NCBI GenBank assembly: GCA_050943375.1
Contig: JBMNPB010000001.1
Location: forward strand, 29,392 to 93,391
Direction of reading: 5' to 3'
Source: a bacterium
Lineage (GTDB): Bacteria; Bacillota; SLNR01; JBMNPB01
Length of the DNA: 64,000 nt
This document shows, piece by piece, positions 29,723-41,196 of this stretch. Position 1 is the stretch's first letter; each line of letters begins with the position of its first letter. Made by a program: the position numbers and the translations under genes. The notes beneath the pieces were generated by a model. The model was given only the letters and a program-made list of their open reading frames with translations, did no database searches and was not told the origin of the DNA.

Positions 29723-32700
29723 ATGAAGCTTCAGTTTAAACACCAGAAATTTCAGGCTGATGCTGCAAAAGCCGTCTGCGACGTGTTTACCGGGCAGCCT
29801 TATCTTACGCCTACCTACTTGATGGACAAGGGGTATGTGAAAGACGGGCAGCTTGCGATTGACGAAGCCGAACGCTTCACCGGTTTCGGCAACCACCGTA
29901 TCGTGCCGGAACTGAACGACCAAGTCGTTCTCGATAATATCAACCGAATCCAGCGAAGCTATCAGATCGAGCCGTCCAAGCAACTGGAAGGCCGTTATAA
30001 CCTAACCGTGGAGATGGAGACCGGGGTTGGGAAAACTTATACGTACATCAAGACCATGTACGAGCTTAACAAGCGGTTCGGCTGGAGCAAATATATCATC
30101 GTGGTGCCCAGCGTCGCTATCCGCGAGGGTGTGTACAAGTCGTTCCAGATCACCGAGGAGCACTTCACGGAAGAATACGGGAAGAAGATCCGCTATTTCA
30201 TCTATAATTCCGCGCAGCTTACCGAGATAGACCGTTTCGCCTCCGACAGCGCCATCAACGTGATGATCATCAACTCGCAGGCATTTAACGCCAGGGGCAA
30301 GGACGCGCGGCGTATCTATATGAAGCTGGACGAGTTCCGCAGCCGCCGCCCGATCGACATACTCGCCAGGACAAACCCGATTCTGATCATTGACGAGCCA
30401 CAGTCGGTGGAAGGTGCGGCGACGAAGGAAAGGCTGAAAGAGTTTAATCCGCTGTTCACGCTGCGCTATTCGGCGACGCATAAGCAGAACAGCGTCTACA
30501 ATATGATTTACCGCCTCGACGCGATGGAAGCATACAACAAGCGATTGGTCAAGAAAATCGCGGTCAAGGGCATCTCCGTCACGGGCAGCACGGCGACGAA
30601 TGGCTACGTGTATCTTGAAGGCATCAATCTTTCCAAGGGTAATCCAACCGCCACCATCGAGTTTGATGTCAAAGGTGCGCGCGGCGTCCGCAAGACTACG
30701 CGTATTGTCACCGAGGGTTATAATCTATTCCCCAACTCAGGCGAATTAAGCGAGTATAAAGACGGGTATACCGTTCTGCGGATCGACGGCAGGGACAGCT
30801 CCGTCGAATTCACTAACGGCATCAAGCTGTTTGCGGGGGATGTAATCGGTGAAGTCAGCGAGGAGCAGCTTCGGCGCATCCAGATCCGCGAAACCATTCT
30901 CTCTCATATTGATCGGGAGCGGCAGCTGTTTTACAAAGGCATTAAGGTATTGTCCCTGTTTTTCATTGATGAGGTTGCGAAGTACAAGCGGTACAATTCA
31001 GCGGGTGAAGCCTACAACGGCCTCTATGCCGATATGTTTGAGGAAGAATACAGGCAGATAACCGGCAACATGCAGCTCAGATCGGACGACACCACAGAAT
31101 ATCTAAAGTACCTTGACTCTGTTGACGCCGGCAGCACCCATGCAGGGTATTTCTCTATCGACAAAAAGAGCAGCCGGATGGTGGACAGCAAGCTTGGTGA
31201 CAAAAGGGAACGCACATCCGATGACACGGACGCCTACGATCTGATTATGAAGGACAAAGAACGGCTGCTCGACCGTCGTGAACCGGTGCGGTTCATCTTT
31301 TCCCACTCGGCGCTGCGCGAAGGATGGGACAATCCGAACGTCTTCCAGATTTGCACACTTAAGCAGAGCGGCAGCGACGTCCGCAAACGGCAGGAGGTCG
31401 GGCGGGGATTGCGGCTGGCGGTAAATCAGAGCGGTGAGCGCATGGACACGAACCTGCTGGGCGAGGATGTCCATAACGTTAACGTCCTCACTGTAGTTGC
31501 CAATGAAAGCTATGACAGCTTCGCCAAAGGACTGCAGACAGAGCTTGCCGAGGCCGTGGTGGATCGGCCGCGCCAGGTCACGGCGGACCTGTTTAAGAAC
31601 AAGGTTATTGTTGACGCAAACGGTACTGAGCAGGTCGTTGATAACGACCTTGCCCAGAGTATTTACGAGGGGCTCATCATCAGCGGATATGTAAAGAAAG
31701 GTATCCTCACTGACAAATATTACGAGGATAAAAAGAACGGCACTATCGAGGTAGCCGAGGAAGCCGCCGACTGCAGGGATGCCGTGGTAGCCATTCTCGA
31801 CTCCGTCTACGACAGCCGAGCCATACAACTAGAGAACGCCCGGAAGAACAATGTGGAGCTGAGGCTGGACAAGTCAAAGCTGGGTTTGCCGGAATTCCGG
31901 AACCTATGGGCGAGGATAAATGCCAAATCCGTCTATGTAGTGGAATTTGACCAGGCGGAACTGATCAAGAAGGCGGTTTCCGCGTTGAACCGCGAGCTTC
32001 GTGTGTCCAAAATATTCTTTAAGGTCGAAACCGGGGCAATGACCGACATTCAGTCGCGGGAGCAGCTTGTGAGCGGCGCCGCCTTTGCCAAAGAAAGGAA
32101 TGAAGTATACAAGGTGCCGGCGTCGGCCAACTCGGCGGTCAAATACGACCTCATCGGGAAAGTCGTCGCCGAAACGGGACTGACCAGGAAGGCAATTGTA
32201 AGTATTCTGCGTGGTATCGAGCGAAATGTCTTTGCCCAGTTTGCGGATAACCCGGAGGAATTTATCATCAAGGCGGCGCAGATAATCAACGAACAGAAAG
32301 CCACGGTTATCATCCAGCACATCACTTACAACAAGCTGGATGCCGTCTATGACACCACGATTTTCACCGAGCCGACGCTGAAGGGACAGCTTGGCGTGAA
32401 CGCAATGGCGGCAAACAAGCATTTGTACGACTATCTCCTCTACGATTCCGCCAATGAACGGTCGTTTGCGGAAAACATCGACACGAGCAGCGAAGTGGCG
32501 GTGTATGTTAAGCTACCGAACAGTTTTTATATCAGCACGCCGGTCGGGAAATATAACCCAGACTGGGCAATAGCGTTCTATGAGGACAGAGTGAAGCATA
32601 TCTACTTTGTCGCTGAAACGAAAGGTTCCATGTCCTCGTTGCAGCTCCGCCTGATCGAGGATGCAAAAATACATTGTGCCCGCGAACACTTCAAGGCCAT

Positions 32701-32770
32701 CAGTACCGCTTCCGTTGTGTATGATGTGGTAGATGACTATACGACGCTGATGAACAAAGTTCTGGGATAA
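29723..32770 (+). CDS. res: Type III restriction endonuclease Res subunit
   Basis: METGVGKT, IIDEPQ, YSATH, LREGWDNPNVFQIC, QEVGRGLR, C-terminal YNPDW...VAETK nuclease motif. Confidence 0.94.
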   Translation: MKLQFKHQKFQADAAKAVCDVFTGQPYLTPTYLMDKGYVKDGQLAIDEAERFTGFGNHRIVPELNDQVVLDNINRIQRSYQIEPSKQLEGRYNLTVEMETGVGKTYTYIKTMYELNKRFGWSKYIIVVPSVAIREGVYKSFQITEEHFTEEYGKKIRYFIYNSAQLTEIDRFASDSAINVMIINSQAFNARGKDARRIYMKLDEFRSRRPIDILARTNPILIIDEPQSVEGAATKERLKEFNPLFTLRYSATHKQNSVYNMIYRLDAMEAYNKRLVKKIAVKGISVTGSTATNGYVYLEGINLSKGNPTATIEFDVKGARGVRKTTRIVTEGYNLFPNSGELSEYKDGYTVLRIDGRDSSVEFTNGIKLFAGDVIGEVSEEQLRRIQIRETILSHIDRERQLFYKGIKVLSLFFIDEVAKYKRYNSAGEAYNGLYADMFEEEYRQITGNMQLRSDDTTEYLKYLDSVDAGSTHAGYFSIDKKSSRMVDSKLGDKRERTSDDTDAYDLIMKDKERLLDRREPVRFIFSHSALREGWDNPNVFQICTLKQSGSDVRKRQEVGRGLRLAVNQSGERMDTNLLGEDVHNVNVLTVVANESYDSFAKGLQTELAEAVVDRPRQVTADLFKNKVIVDANGTEQVVDNDLAQSIYEGLIISGYVKKGILTDKYYEDKKNGTIEVAEEAADCRDAVVAILDSVYDSRAIQLENARKNNVELRLDKSKLGLPEFRNLWARINAKSVYVVEFDQAELIKKAVSALNRELRVSKIFFKVETGAMTDIQSREQLVSGAAFAKERNEVYKVPASANSAVKYDLIGKVVAETGLTRKAIVSILRGIERNVFAQFADNPEEFIIKAAQIINEQKATVIIQHITYNKLDAVYDTTIFTEPTLKGQLGVNAMAANKHLYDYLLYDSANERSFAENIDTSSEVAVYVKLPNSFYISTPVGKYNPDWAIAFYEDRVKHIYFVAETKGSMSSLQLRLIEDAKIHCAREHFKAISTASVVYDVVDDYTTLMNKVLG

Positions 32771-32930
32771 AGATATCCTTCGCGGGAAGACGGGATACCG
32801 GGAGAAGAGGATAGTAACTTTGCATCGGCGGCGGAGGTCTCCGGAGATTATCTCCCGGCCAGCTTTTTGTAGTATTGCATCTCTCTGCCGTGTTATAATA
32901 TTAGAGGAGTATTTCCAGGAGGGTTGATGA

Positions 32931-33371
32931 ATGGATAACGAAGAAGTGATTTCCATAATTCAACGGATGTTCGAGCGGAACATGGCTGAAATGGACAAGC
33001 GGTTCGAGCGGAATATGGATGAGATGGACAAGCGTTTTGACGCCGCCGTCAATAAAGTGGAAGTGCTTCACGAGCATACACAATCCGGTATTGGCGTTCT
33101 TGCCGAAGGGCATAAACATCTGGTTGCGAGGTTTGACTCCTTGGAAAACAACATGGACACCCTGGGCAGGAAGCTTGACAGGATGGATATTAAGGTGAAT
33201 GCGCTGGATAAGAAAGCGAATGCTCTGGATGAAAAGCTTGAAGGTACCAAGCGGGAGTTGACTTCCCGGATGGATAAGATAGACGGCGCTTTAGGTATGG
33301 TCAAGGAGTACGTGATGGGTGTCGACGCCAGGTTGAACGAGCATGAAGTCATCCTGAAGCGGGTGAAGTGA
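32931..33371 (+). CDS. Hypothetical coiled-coil/heptad-repeat protein
   Basis: RBS AGGAGG; extended -10 TGTTATAAT at 32891; 11-aa repeat FERNMxEMDKR encoded by a 33-bp duplication at 32970-33035. Confidence 0.7.
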   Translation: MDNEEVISIIQRMFERNMAEMDKRFERNMDEMDKRFDAAVNKVEVLHEHTQSGIGVLAEGHKHLVARFDSLENNMDTLGRKLDRMDIKVNALDKKANALDEKLEGTKRELTSRMDKIDGALGMVKEYVMGVDARLNEHEVILKRVK

Positions 33372-33414
33372 AACGTGTATGCCCTGCCGCTAATCTGCCC
33401 GGGGAAACTAACCC

Positions 33415-33751
33415 ATAAAAGCCTATGAATTCAAGATAACCATCAACGACGTCACCCCGCCGGTTTGGCGATGAGTTGTCCTCCCTGTCGGCATCACCTT
33501 CCATCGCCTGCACGACACCATCCAGTGTTGCGATGGGCTGGTATGATAATTATCAACACGAAGGGAATTGTCCGCCGGAGAAATGCGGCGGCGTCTACGG
33601 TTATGCGGAATATCTGCCGGCCTGGAACGACCCCGGTCATGCGGCGATGCGCGAATGGGATGAGGAGCAGGGATACCGCGAGTATGATATGGCGCGGGTG
33701 AACCGATTGATGGAGGAATTACTGAAGCTAAAGAAGAGCCGGCCGGCCTGA
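33415..33751 (+). pseudogene. Decayed pRiA4b ORF-3-like family gene
   Basis: Fragments KAYEFKITINDVTPPVWR*VVLPVGITFHRLHDTIQ, then a frameshift to AMGW, then EGNCPPEKCGGVYGY; start degenerate (ATA), nonsense codon at 33472, apparent internal deletion. Confidence 0.75.
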
Positions 33752-33822
33752 TGAAGCCGGCCGTCGGTTTTGGGAAGGGGTAATGAAAGTGTCGAAGGGG
33801 CGAGGCGAGGCCGGGACGACGG

Positions 33823-34031
33823 AAGAGATTGCCGCGTCGCCGCCCGCGGCTCCTCGCAATGACAATGGTTGGCGATGCGGGTAACAGAGGGCGGAACGGC
33901 GGGGGCGTCGTTCCCTACAGGTTTGGGAACGCGAGGCGGTGAAGCCGACCCAGCCAGGTTTGGGAACGTGAGGCGGTGAGGCCGACCCAGCCAGGTTCGG
34001 GAACACGGGGCGGCGCAGAGGCCGCCCCTGC
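33823..34031. repeat. REP-like elements plus a 37-bp tandem repeat
   Basis: aagagattgccgcgtcgcc..cggctcctcgcaatgaca at 33823-33864; GTAG-type palindrome ending ccctac at 33918; caggtttgggaac..gccgacccagc at 33918 and 33955, partial at 33992. Confidence 0.7.
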
Positions 34032-34173
34032 TGGTTTATTCAGGCGAGGCAGGCCGGTGCGGCGGGCTAGATTTCGGCAGGATAAACGGCCGGGAAAGGG
34101 AATATATTAAGCTGGCGGAAGTAAATTCCGCAACTGGTGAGCAGCCGCATACGCCGGAGCAGGAGGCGGGATA

Positions 34174-34992
34174 ATGGAGATATTTGCCCTGATCGGGGCG
34201 AGCGGAACGGGGAAAAGTCACCGGGCGCAAGTAGTGGCGCACGAATACGGCATTGAGTATATCATCGACGACGGGCTGCTGATCAAAGGCAGTAAAGTGC
34301 TGGCCGGCTACTCGGCCAAACGGGAAGCAACAAAAATCAGTGCGATCAAGAGAGCGCTGTTCACCGACCCGGAGCACGTCGCTGCGGTGAAGGCTGCGCT
34401 GGCGGAGCATCAGCCGGAGCGCCTTCTTGTTCTCGGCACTTCGCTTGGCATGGTGGAGAAGATCGCGGCATTGCTTGGTTTGCCGGCGCCGGCGAGCATT
34501 ATTAACATTGAGGATATCTCCACCCGTCTGGAAATCAACCGGGCAAAACGAATTCGGGCTCAGCGCGGCACCCATGTCATTCCGGCGCCGACGTTTGAGG
34601 TGAAGAAGAGTTTTTCCGGTTATCTCCTGAATCCGCTGCGGGTTTTTCTCAATAAGCGGGGCGAGTACGAGGAGAATTTGATTGTCGAAAAATCGGTGGT
34701 CCGTCCTACATTCAGTTCGCTGGGCCGGTTTTTCATCGCCGATAATGTGCTGGTAGCCATCGCGGCACGAGCCTGCAGTGAGGTTCCGGGCATCAGCCGG
34801 GTCGGGCGGATTAATCTGGAAACCAGGCCGGAAGGGCTTATCGTCAGCATCGACACAACGGTGAAATATGGTGTGCTGATTCCGGAGGTCCTGCGCAATG
34901 TGCAGGCGGTTGTCAAGGAAATCCTTGAATATATGACGGCGCTGAATGTACTCGCGGTTAACGCGGTGGCAAGAAGGGTGAGTGTCGAATGA
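34174..34992 (+). CDS. P-loop + Asp23/Gls24-family protein
   Basis: GASGTGKSHRA, IIDDGLLI, SAKRE, HVIPAPTFEVKK; C-terminal Asp23-like domain. Confidence 0.75.
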   Translation: MEIFALIGASGTGKSHRAQVVAHEYGIEYIIDDGLLIKGSKVLAGYSAKREATKISAIKRALFTDPEHVAAVKAALAEHQPERLLVLGTSLGMVEKIAALLGLPAPASIINIEDISTRLEINRAKRIRAQRGTHVIPAPTFEVKKSFSGYLLNPLRVFLNKRGEYEENLIVEKSVVRPTFSSLGRFFIADNVLVAIAARACSEVPGISRVGRINLETRPEGLIVSIDTTVKYGVLIPEVLRNVQAVVKEILEYMTALNVLAVNAVARRVSVE

Positions 34993-35166
34993 TTTGCGGC
35001 GGAGCCTTGACCGTTGGGCTGGGGCTGCCCGGCCGGCTGCAACAGGAAAAAGCGGAGAAAAAGATAGTCCCGGCAGGAACTAAAGAGCGGAAAGCGAAAT
35101 ATTGTACAACATAATTAAATATAGTGTAGCACAAAATACGATTAATTCAGGAAAGGATGATGCTGC

Positions 35167-36174
35167 ATGCCAATCAAAATAGGGATTAACGGTTTCGGGC
35201 GGGTCGGGCGCTCATCTTTCCGCTTTGCGTCGCGCCAGCCGGAAGTGGAGATTGTCGCGGTCAACGACCTGGCGGATGCCGCGGCGAACGCGCAATGGCT
35301 GCAATACGATTCTATCTATGGGGCCTATCCCGGGCAAGTTAAGGTGGAGGCCGGCAAGATTGAAGTTGACGGCCGGGTGACGAAAATCTTCGCGGAAAAA
35401 GATCCGGCGCAGATTCCCTGGGGTGATTTGGGCGTTGATGTGGTGATCGAGACAGCGGGAGAATTGCGGGATCGGGCGGCGGCAGAGGCGTGCCGGCAGG
35501 CCGGAGTCAAAAAAGTGATAATTGCAGCCCCGGCAAAAGAAGCCGATATTACTGTCGTCCTCGGAGTGAACGAGGAGAAATACGATCCGGCCAGGCATCA
35601 TATCATTGCCGGCGCCTCCAGCACGATGAATTGCCTGGCACCGGCGGCGAAAGTGCTGAATGACGCCTTCGGGATTGCCAAAGGAATGGTCACCGCGATT
35701 CATTCCGACACTAACGATCATGACATACTGGATATTGCGCACAATGATTGGCGCCGGGACCGGGCTGCTTCGCTGTCGATCGTCCCGGCGGCGACCGATG
35801 TCGCCGCCAAACTGGGCGATGTGATTCCTGAACTGGACGGCAAACTGAATGGTTTTGCGATGCGGGTTCCGACCCCTGCTGTCTCCACTTTGGATTTCGT
35901 AGCCGAGCTGGCGACCGAAGCGTCGGTGGACGCGGTAAATGAGGCTTATCGGGCCGCCGCGCAGGGACGGATGAAAGGGTATCTGGCCGTCTCGGACGAA
36001 CCCCTCGTTTCCGTCGATTTCCGCGGCAACCCGTTTTCCTGCGTCGTCGATGCGCCGATGACCATGGCGATCGGGGGAAATTTGATTAAAGTTATCACCT
36101 GGTACGACAATGAGTGGGCTTACGCCTGCCGCTTGCTTGATTTGGCCGTCTACAGCATGGGACAGGGAAAGTAA
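35167..36174 (+). CDS. gap: Type I GAPDH-like protein lacking the catalytic cysteine
   Basis: [20 protein letters not shown]; heads the pgk-tpi-gpmI-eno operon, but reads [10 protein letters not shown] instead of ASCTTNCLAP. Confidence 0.88.
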   Translation: MPIKIGINGFGRVGRSSFRFASRQPEVEIVAVNDLADAAANAQWLQYDSIYGAYPGQVKVEAGKIEVDGRVTKIFAEKDPAQIPWGDLGVDVVIETAGELRDRAAAEACRQAGVKKVIIAAPAKEADITVVLGVNEEKYDPARHHIIAGASSTMNCLAPAAKVLNDAFGIAKGMVTAIHSDTNDHDILDIAHNDWRRDRAASLSIVPAATDVAAKLGDVIPELDGKLNGFAMRVPTPAVSTLDFVAELATEASVDAVNEAYRAAAQGRMKGYLAVSDEPLVSVDFRGNPFSCVVDAPMTMAIGGNLIKVITWYDNEWAYACRLLDLAVYSMGQGK

Positions 36175-36187
36175 CGGAGGCAGACGG

Positions 36188-37372
36188 ATGAAGAAGAAAA
36201 CTGTACGCGACATCGACGTTGCCGGCAAAAAAGTATTGATGCGGGTTGATTTCAATGTTCCGCTGGACGGGCAGGGCTCCATCACTGATGACAAACGCAT
36301 CCGGGAAGCTTTGCCGTCAATCCGTTATCTGGTGGAGCGGAAAGCGAAAGTGATTCTGGTTTCCCACCTGGGCCGTCCCAAGGGCAAGATTGTGGAAAAC
36401 CTGCGCCTCGACCCGGTAGCGGTTCGCCTGGGTGAATTATTGCGGCAGCCGGTGCGCAAGGCGGACGATTGCCTTGGACCGGCGGTTGAGGAAATGGCGG
36501 AGGCGATGGCGGAAGGCGATGTGCTGCTGTTGGAGAACATCCGCTTCTATGGGGAAGAAGAGAAAAACGATCCGGTTTTTGCCCGAAAGCTGGCCGGGCT
36601 GGCCGAGATTTTCGTCAACGATGCTTTTGGGACCGCCCACCGGGCCCACGCTTCGACGGCCGGGGTGGCGGCTTATCTGCCGGCGGTGGCCGGACTGCTG
36701 GTAGAGAAAGAAATTTCGGTCCTGGGAGAAGCATTGAATGCTCCGGCCCGGCCCTTTGCCGCTATGATCGGCGGCGCGAAGGTATCCGATAAAATTGCCG
36801 TTCTGGAGAATCTGCTGACGAAGGTGGATATGTTGATTATCGGCGGCGGCATGGCGAACACTTTCCTGCGGGCCAAAGGCCGGGAAACCGGGATATCCCG
36901 TGTGGAAGAGGATAAAACGGCAGCGGCGGCGCGGATTATGGAAGCGGCCGCGGCCGGAGGCGTGGAACTTCTGCTTCCGGTCGATTTGGTAGCCGCGGAG
37001 CAAGCGGCACCGGAGGCGGCAACGGAGATCGTCCCGGCAACTGCCATTCCGCCCGATCGGATGGCACTCGATATCGGGCCGGCTACCCGGGAATTGTTCC
37101 GGCAAGCTATCGCCCGGGCTGAGACAGTCTTCTGGAACGGTCCGATGGGGGTATTCGAAATCGACAGCTTTGCGGCTGGGACCCGGGCGGTGGCGGAAGC
37201 GATGGCCGCCTCAACCGGGGTGACAATTGTCGGCGGCGGTGATTCGGCCGCTGCGGTGCAGAAATTCGGGCTTTCCCCGGAAATAACCCACATCTCGACC
37301 GGCGGCGGCGCTTCCCTTGAGTTTATGGAAGGCAAAGAACTGCCCGGCGTGGCGGTTCTGCAGAATAAATAA
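36188..37372 (+). CDS. pgk: Phosphoglycerate kinase
   Basis: [40 protein letters not shown]. Confidence 0.97.
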   Translation: MKKKTVRDIDVAGKKVLMRVDFNVPLDGQGSITDDKRIREALPSIRYLVERKAKVILVSHLGRPKGKIVENLRLDPVAVRLGELLRQPVRKADDCLGPAVEEMAEAMAEGDVLLLENIRFYGEEEKNDPVFARKLAGLAEIFVNDAFGTAHRAHASTAGVAAYLPAVAGLLVEKEISVLGEALNAPARPFAAMIGGAKVSDKIAVLENLLTKVDMLIIGGGMANTFLRAKGRETGISRVEEDKTAAAARIMEAAAAGGVELLLPVDLVAAEQAAPEAATEIVPATAIPPDRMALDIGPATRELFRQAIARAETVFWNGPMGVFEIDSFAAGTRAVAEAMAASTGVTIVGGGDSAAAVQKFGLSPEITHISTGGGASLEFMEGKELPGVAVLQNK

Positions 37373-37483
37373 GGTATTTGACTGAGGGCAGACGCCCGCC
37401 AGTACGGAGAATTAATCGGAAATCAGGGGGAGTATTCTCTCCCCCTGTTAATATTGATGATTATATCTGCCGGGGGTGAAGAA

Positions 37484-38245
37484 ATGCGGAAACCTTTGAT
37501 TGCGGGGAACTGGAAAATGCATAAGACGGTACCGGAGTCGGCTGTTTTTGCCGCCGCTCTGCGGGAAAAGGCGGCGGGGCTTGACGGGGTGGAGATTGTT
37601 GTTTGCCCGCCGTTTACAGCCCTTTATTCGCTCACGGCGCTCTTGGCCGATACTCCCGTCGCCTTGGGGGCGCAGGATGTCCACTGGGAGAACGAAGGGG
37701 CTCATACCGGTGAAATCTCGCCGCCGATGCTGCGGGATGCCGGCTGCCGTTATGTTATTATCGGCCATTCGGAGCGGCGTGCGGCCGGAGAGACGGACGA
37801 AGCTGTCAACCGGAAAGCTGCCGCCGCTATTGCCGGCGGTCTCATCCCAATCCTCTGTGTCGGGGAAACAGCGACGGAGCGCCGGGACAATCGGACGGAA
37901 GCCGTTGTCGGCCGGCAGGTGCGGGAAGGACTGAGGGGGATAAAGATTTCGGACGCGGAATTGGTGGTCGCTTACGAACCGGTCTGGGCTATCGGTACGG
38001 GAGTCGCCGCAACGGCGGCCGACGCGGCGGCAGTCAGCCGCTTTATCCGGGAAACACTGCGCACTTTGTCCGGGGACAGTACGGCTGCCCAAGTGAGAAT
38101 ATTGTACGGCGGCAGCGTCAAACCGAATAATATTGGCGATTTTATCCAAGAATCTGATATAGACGGGGCGCTGGTCGGCGGAGCCAGCCTTGACCCGGAA
38201 ACCTTCCTTGCGATTGCCCGCCGCGCCGGTGGGAGGGAGAACTGA
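37484..38245 (+). CDS. tpiA: Triosephosphate isomerase
   Basis: AGNWKM, GHSERR, AYEPVWAIGTG, YGGSV, LVGGASL. Confidence 0.97.
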   Translation: MRKPLIAGNWKMHKTVPESAVFAAALREKAAGLDGVEIVVCPPFTALYSLTALLADTPVALGAQDVHWENEGAHTGEISPPMLRDAGCRYVIIGHSERRAAGETDEAVNRKAAAAIAGGLIPILCVGETATERRDNRTEAVVGRQVREGLRGIKISDAELVVAYEPVWAIGTGVAATAADAAAVSRFIRETLRTLSGDSTAAQVRILYGGSVKPNNIGDFIQESDIDGALVGGASLDPETFLAIARRAGGREN

Positions 38246-38246
38246 T

Positions 38247-39791
38247 ATGGGCCGGGAACTGAGGCCGGTGCTGCTCATGATCCTTGACGGCTGGGGGCTT
38301 GGTTGCCCGGCGGCAGGGAACGCCTGCCGCCAAGACGCAATGCCCGTCCTTACCCGCCTGCTCCGCGAATATCCGGCGGCGGCATTGGCCGCCGCCGGTG
38401 AAGCAGTGGGACTGCTGCCGGGACAGATGGGGGATTCCAATGTCGGCCATTTGAATATCGGGGCCGGGCGGATTGTCTATCAAGATCTGACTCGAATCAG
38501 CCGGGCCGTCGCCGACGGGACTTTCTACCGGAACAAGGTTCTGCGGGAAGCCATGGAGAGGACGAAAGCTTTCGGCACTTCCCTGCATTTGTTCGGGCTT
38601 CTTTCGGACGGCGGGGTGCACAGTCATATCGATCATCTTTTTGCCTTGCTGGACATGGCGGCGGATTACGGAATTGAAAAAGTTTTCGTCCACGCCTTCC
38701 TGGACGGGAGAGATGTCCCGCCGAAAAGCGCCGGGCAATATCTTGACCTCTTGGAGAAAAGACTTGCCGCCGGACCGGGGATTATCGCCACCGTAATGGG
38801 CCGCTATTACGCGATGGATCGCGATCAGCGCTGGGAGCGGGTCGAGCAGGCATATAACGCAATTACCGGCGGAGCGGCGCTCCGGGCGGACAGCGCCGCG
38901 GCGGCGCTGGCGGAAGCTTATGCCCGGGGTGAGACGGATGAATTCGTCCGCCCGACGGTCATCAGTCCGGCCGGCGATCGGCCGCGCGGCCTCGTCGGGG
39001 ATAACGACACGATTATCTTTTACAACTTCCGGGCGGACCGGGCGCGGGAAATCAGCCGGGCGTTTCTGACTGAGGATTTCACCGATTTTCCCCGCCGGCC
39101 GGGTTTTTTCCCGGTTCATTATGTTGCGTTCACCGAGTACGCGGCAGATATTCCGGCCGAGATCGCTTTCCCCCCGCTGGATTTGCGCAACACGCTCGGG
39201 GAAGTGATCAGCCGGGCGGGACTGCGCCAACTGCGTATTGCCGAGACGGAGAAATACGCCCATGTCACTTTCTTTTTCAACGGCGGCAAAGAAGAGCCGT
39301 TTCCCGGGGAAAAAAGAGTTCTGATACCTTCCCCGGCCGTGGCAACGTACGATTTGCAGCCGGAGATGAGCGCTGATAAAGTCAAGGATGCTGTCCTTGC
39401 GGCGACAGAGAAGAAAGAGTACGATTTTTGCGTCCTGAATTTTGCCAATCTTGATATGGTCGGCCATACGGGCGATCTGGCGGCGGCCGTCCAAGCCGTC
39501 CGGATCGTTGACGATTGTGCCGGGCAGGTTGTCCAGACAGTGACGGCAGACGGCGGCCGGGTTCTGATTATCGCCGATCATGGCAATGTGGAATGCATGC
39601 TTGACGCGGCAACCGGCAAAGTGCACACGGCACACACGGCTAACCGCGTGCCGGTTATTCTGGTCGACCCGGAGCGGAAAGCCAAGCTGCGGGATGGTAT
39701 ATTGGCCGACGTGGCGCCGACAGTCCTTGATTTGCTGGGACTGCCCCGGCCGCAGGAAATGACAGGGAAGACATTATTGCGGGAAGAGTAA
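38247..39791 (+). CDS. gpmI: 2,3-bisphosphoglycerate-independent phosphoglycerate mutase
   Basis: ILDGWG, GQMGDSNVGH, DGRD, GRYYAMDRD, AETEKYAHVT, DMVGHTG, ADHGN. Confidence 0.96.
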   Translation: MGRELRPVLLMILDGWGLGCPAAGNACRQDAMPVLTRLLREYPAAALAAAGEAVGLLPGQMGDSNVGHLNIGAGRIVYQDLTRISRAVADGTFYRNKVLREAMERTKAFGTSLHLFGLLSDGGVHSHIDHLFALLDMAADYGIEKVFVHAFLDGRDVPPKSAGQYLDLLEKRLAAGPGIIATVMGRYYAMDRDQRWERVEQAYNAITGGAALRADSAAAALAEAYARGETDEFVRPTVISPAGDRPRGLVGDNDTIIFYNFRADRAREISRAFLTEDFTDFPRRPGFFPVHYVAFTEYAADIPAEIAFPPLDLRNTLGEVISRAGLRQLRIAETEKYAHVTFFFNGGKEEPFPGEKRVLIPSPAVATYDLQPEMSADKVKDAVLAATEKKEYDFCVLNFANLDMVGHTGDLAAAVQAVRIVDDCAGQVVQTVTADGGRVLIIADHGNVECMLDAATGKVHTAHTANRVPVILVDPERKAKLRDGILADVAPTVLDLLGLPRPQEMTGKTLLREE

Positions 39792-41093
<1,302 letters not shown>

Positions 41094-41196
41094 GTATCGC
41101 CCAGCGCCGGAAATCGGGCTCGGCTTATTGTCAATTAGCGGGCGGTATGCTAAAATGAGTTTGTTGATTTATTCCGCGGGGACGGGAGGTGGAAAG

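Noticed and set aside
33918-34031. 37-bp repeats as a CRISPR array
   Set aside because: The units are contiguous with no unique spacers, and there are no cas genes
35212-39635. Long antisense ORFs such as 35212-36300 and 38142-39635
   Set aside because: Shadow frames of GC-rich, well-conserved genes on the opposite strand
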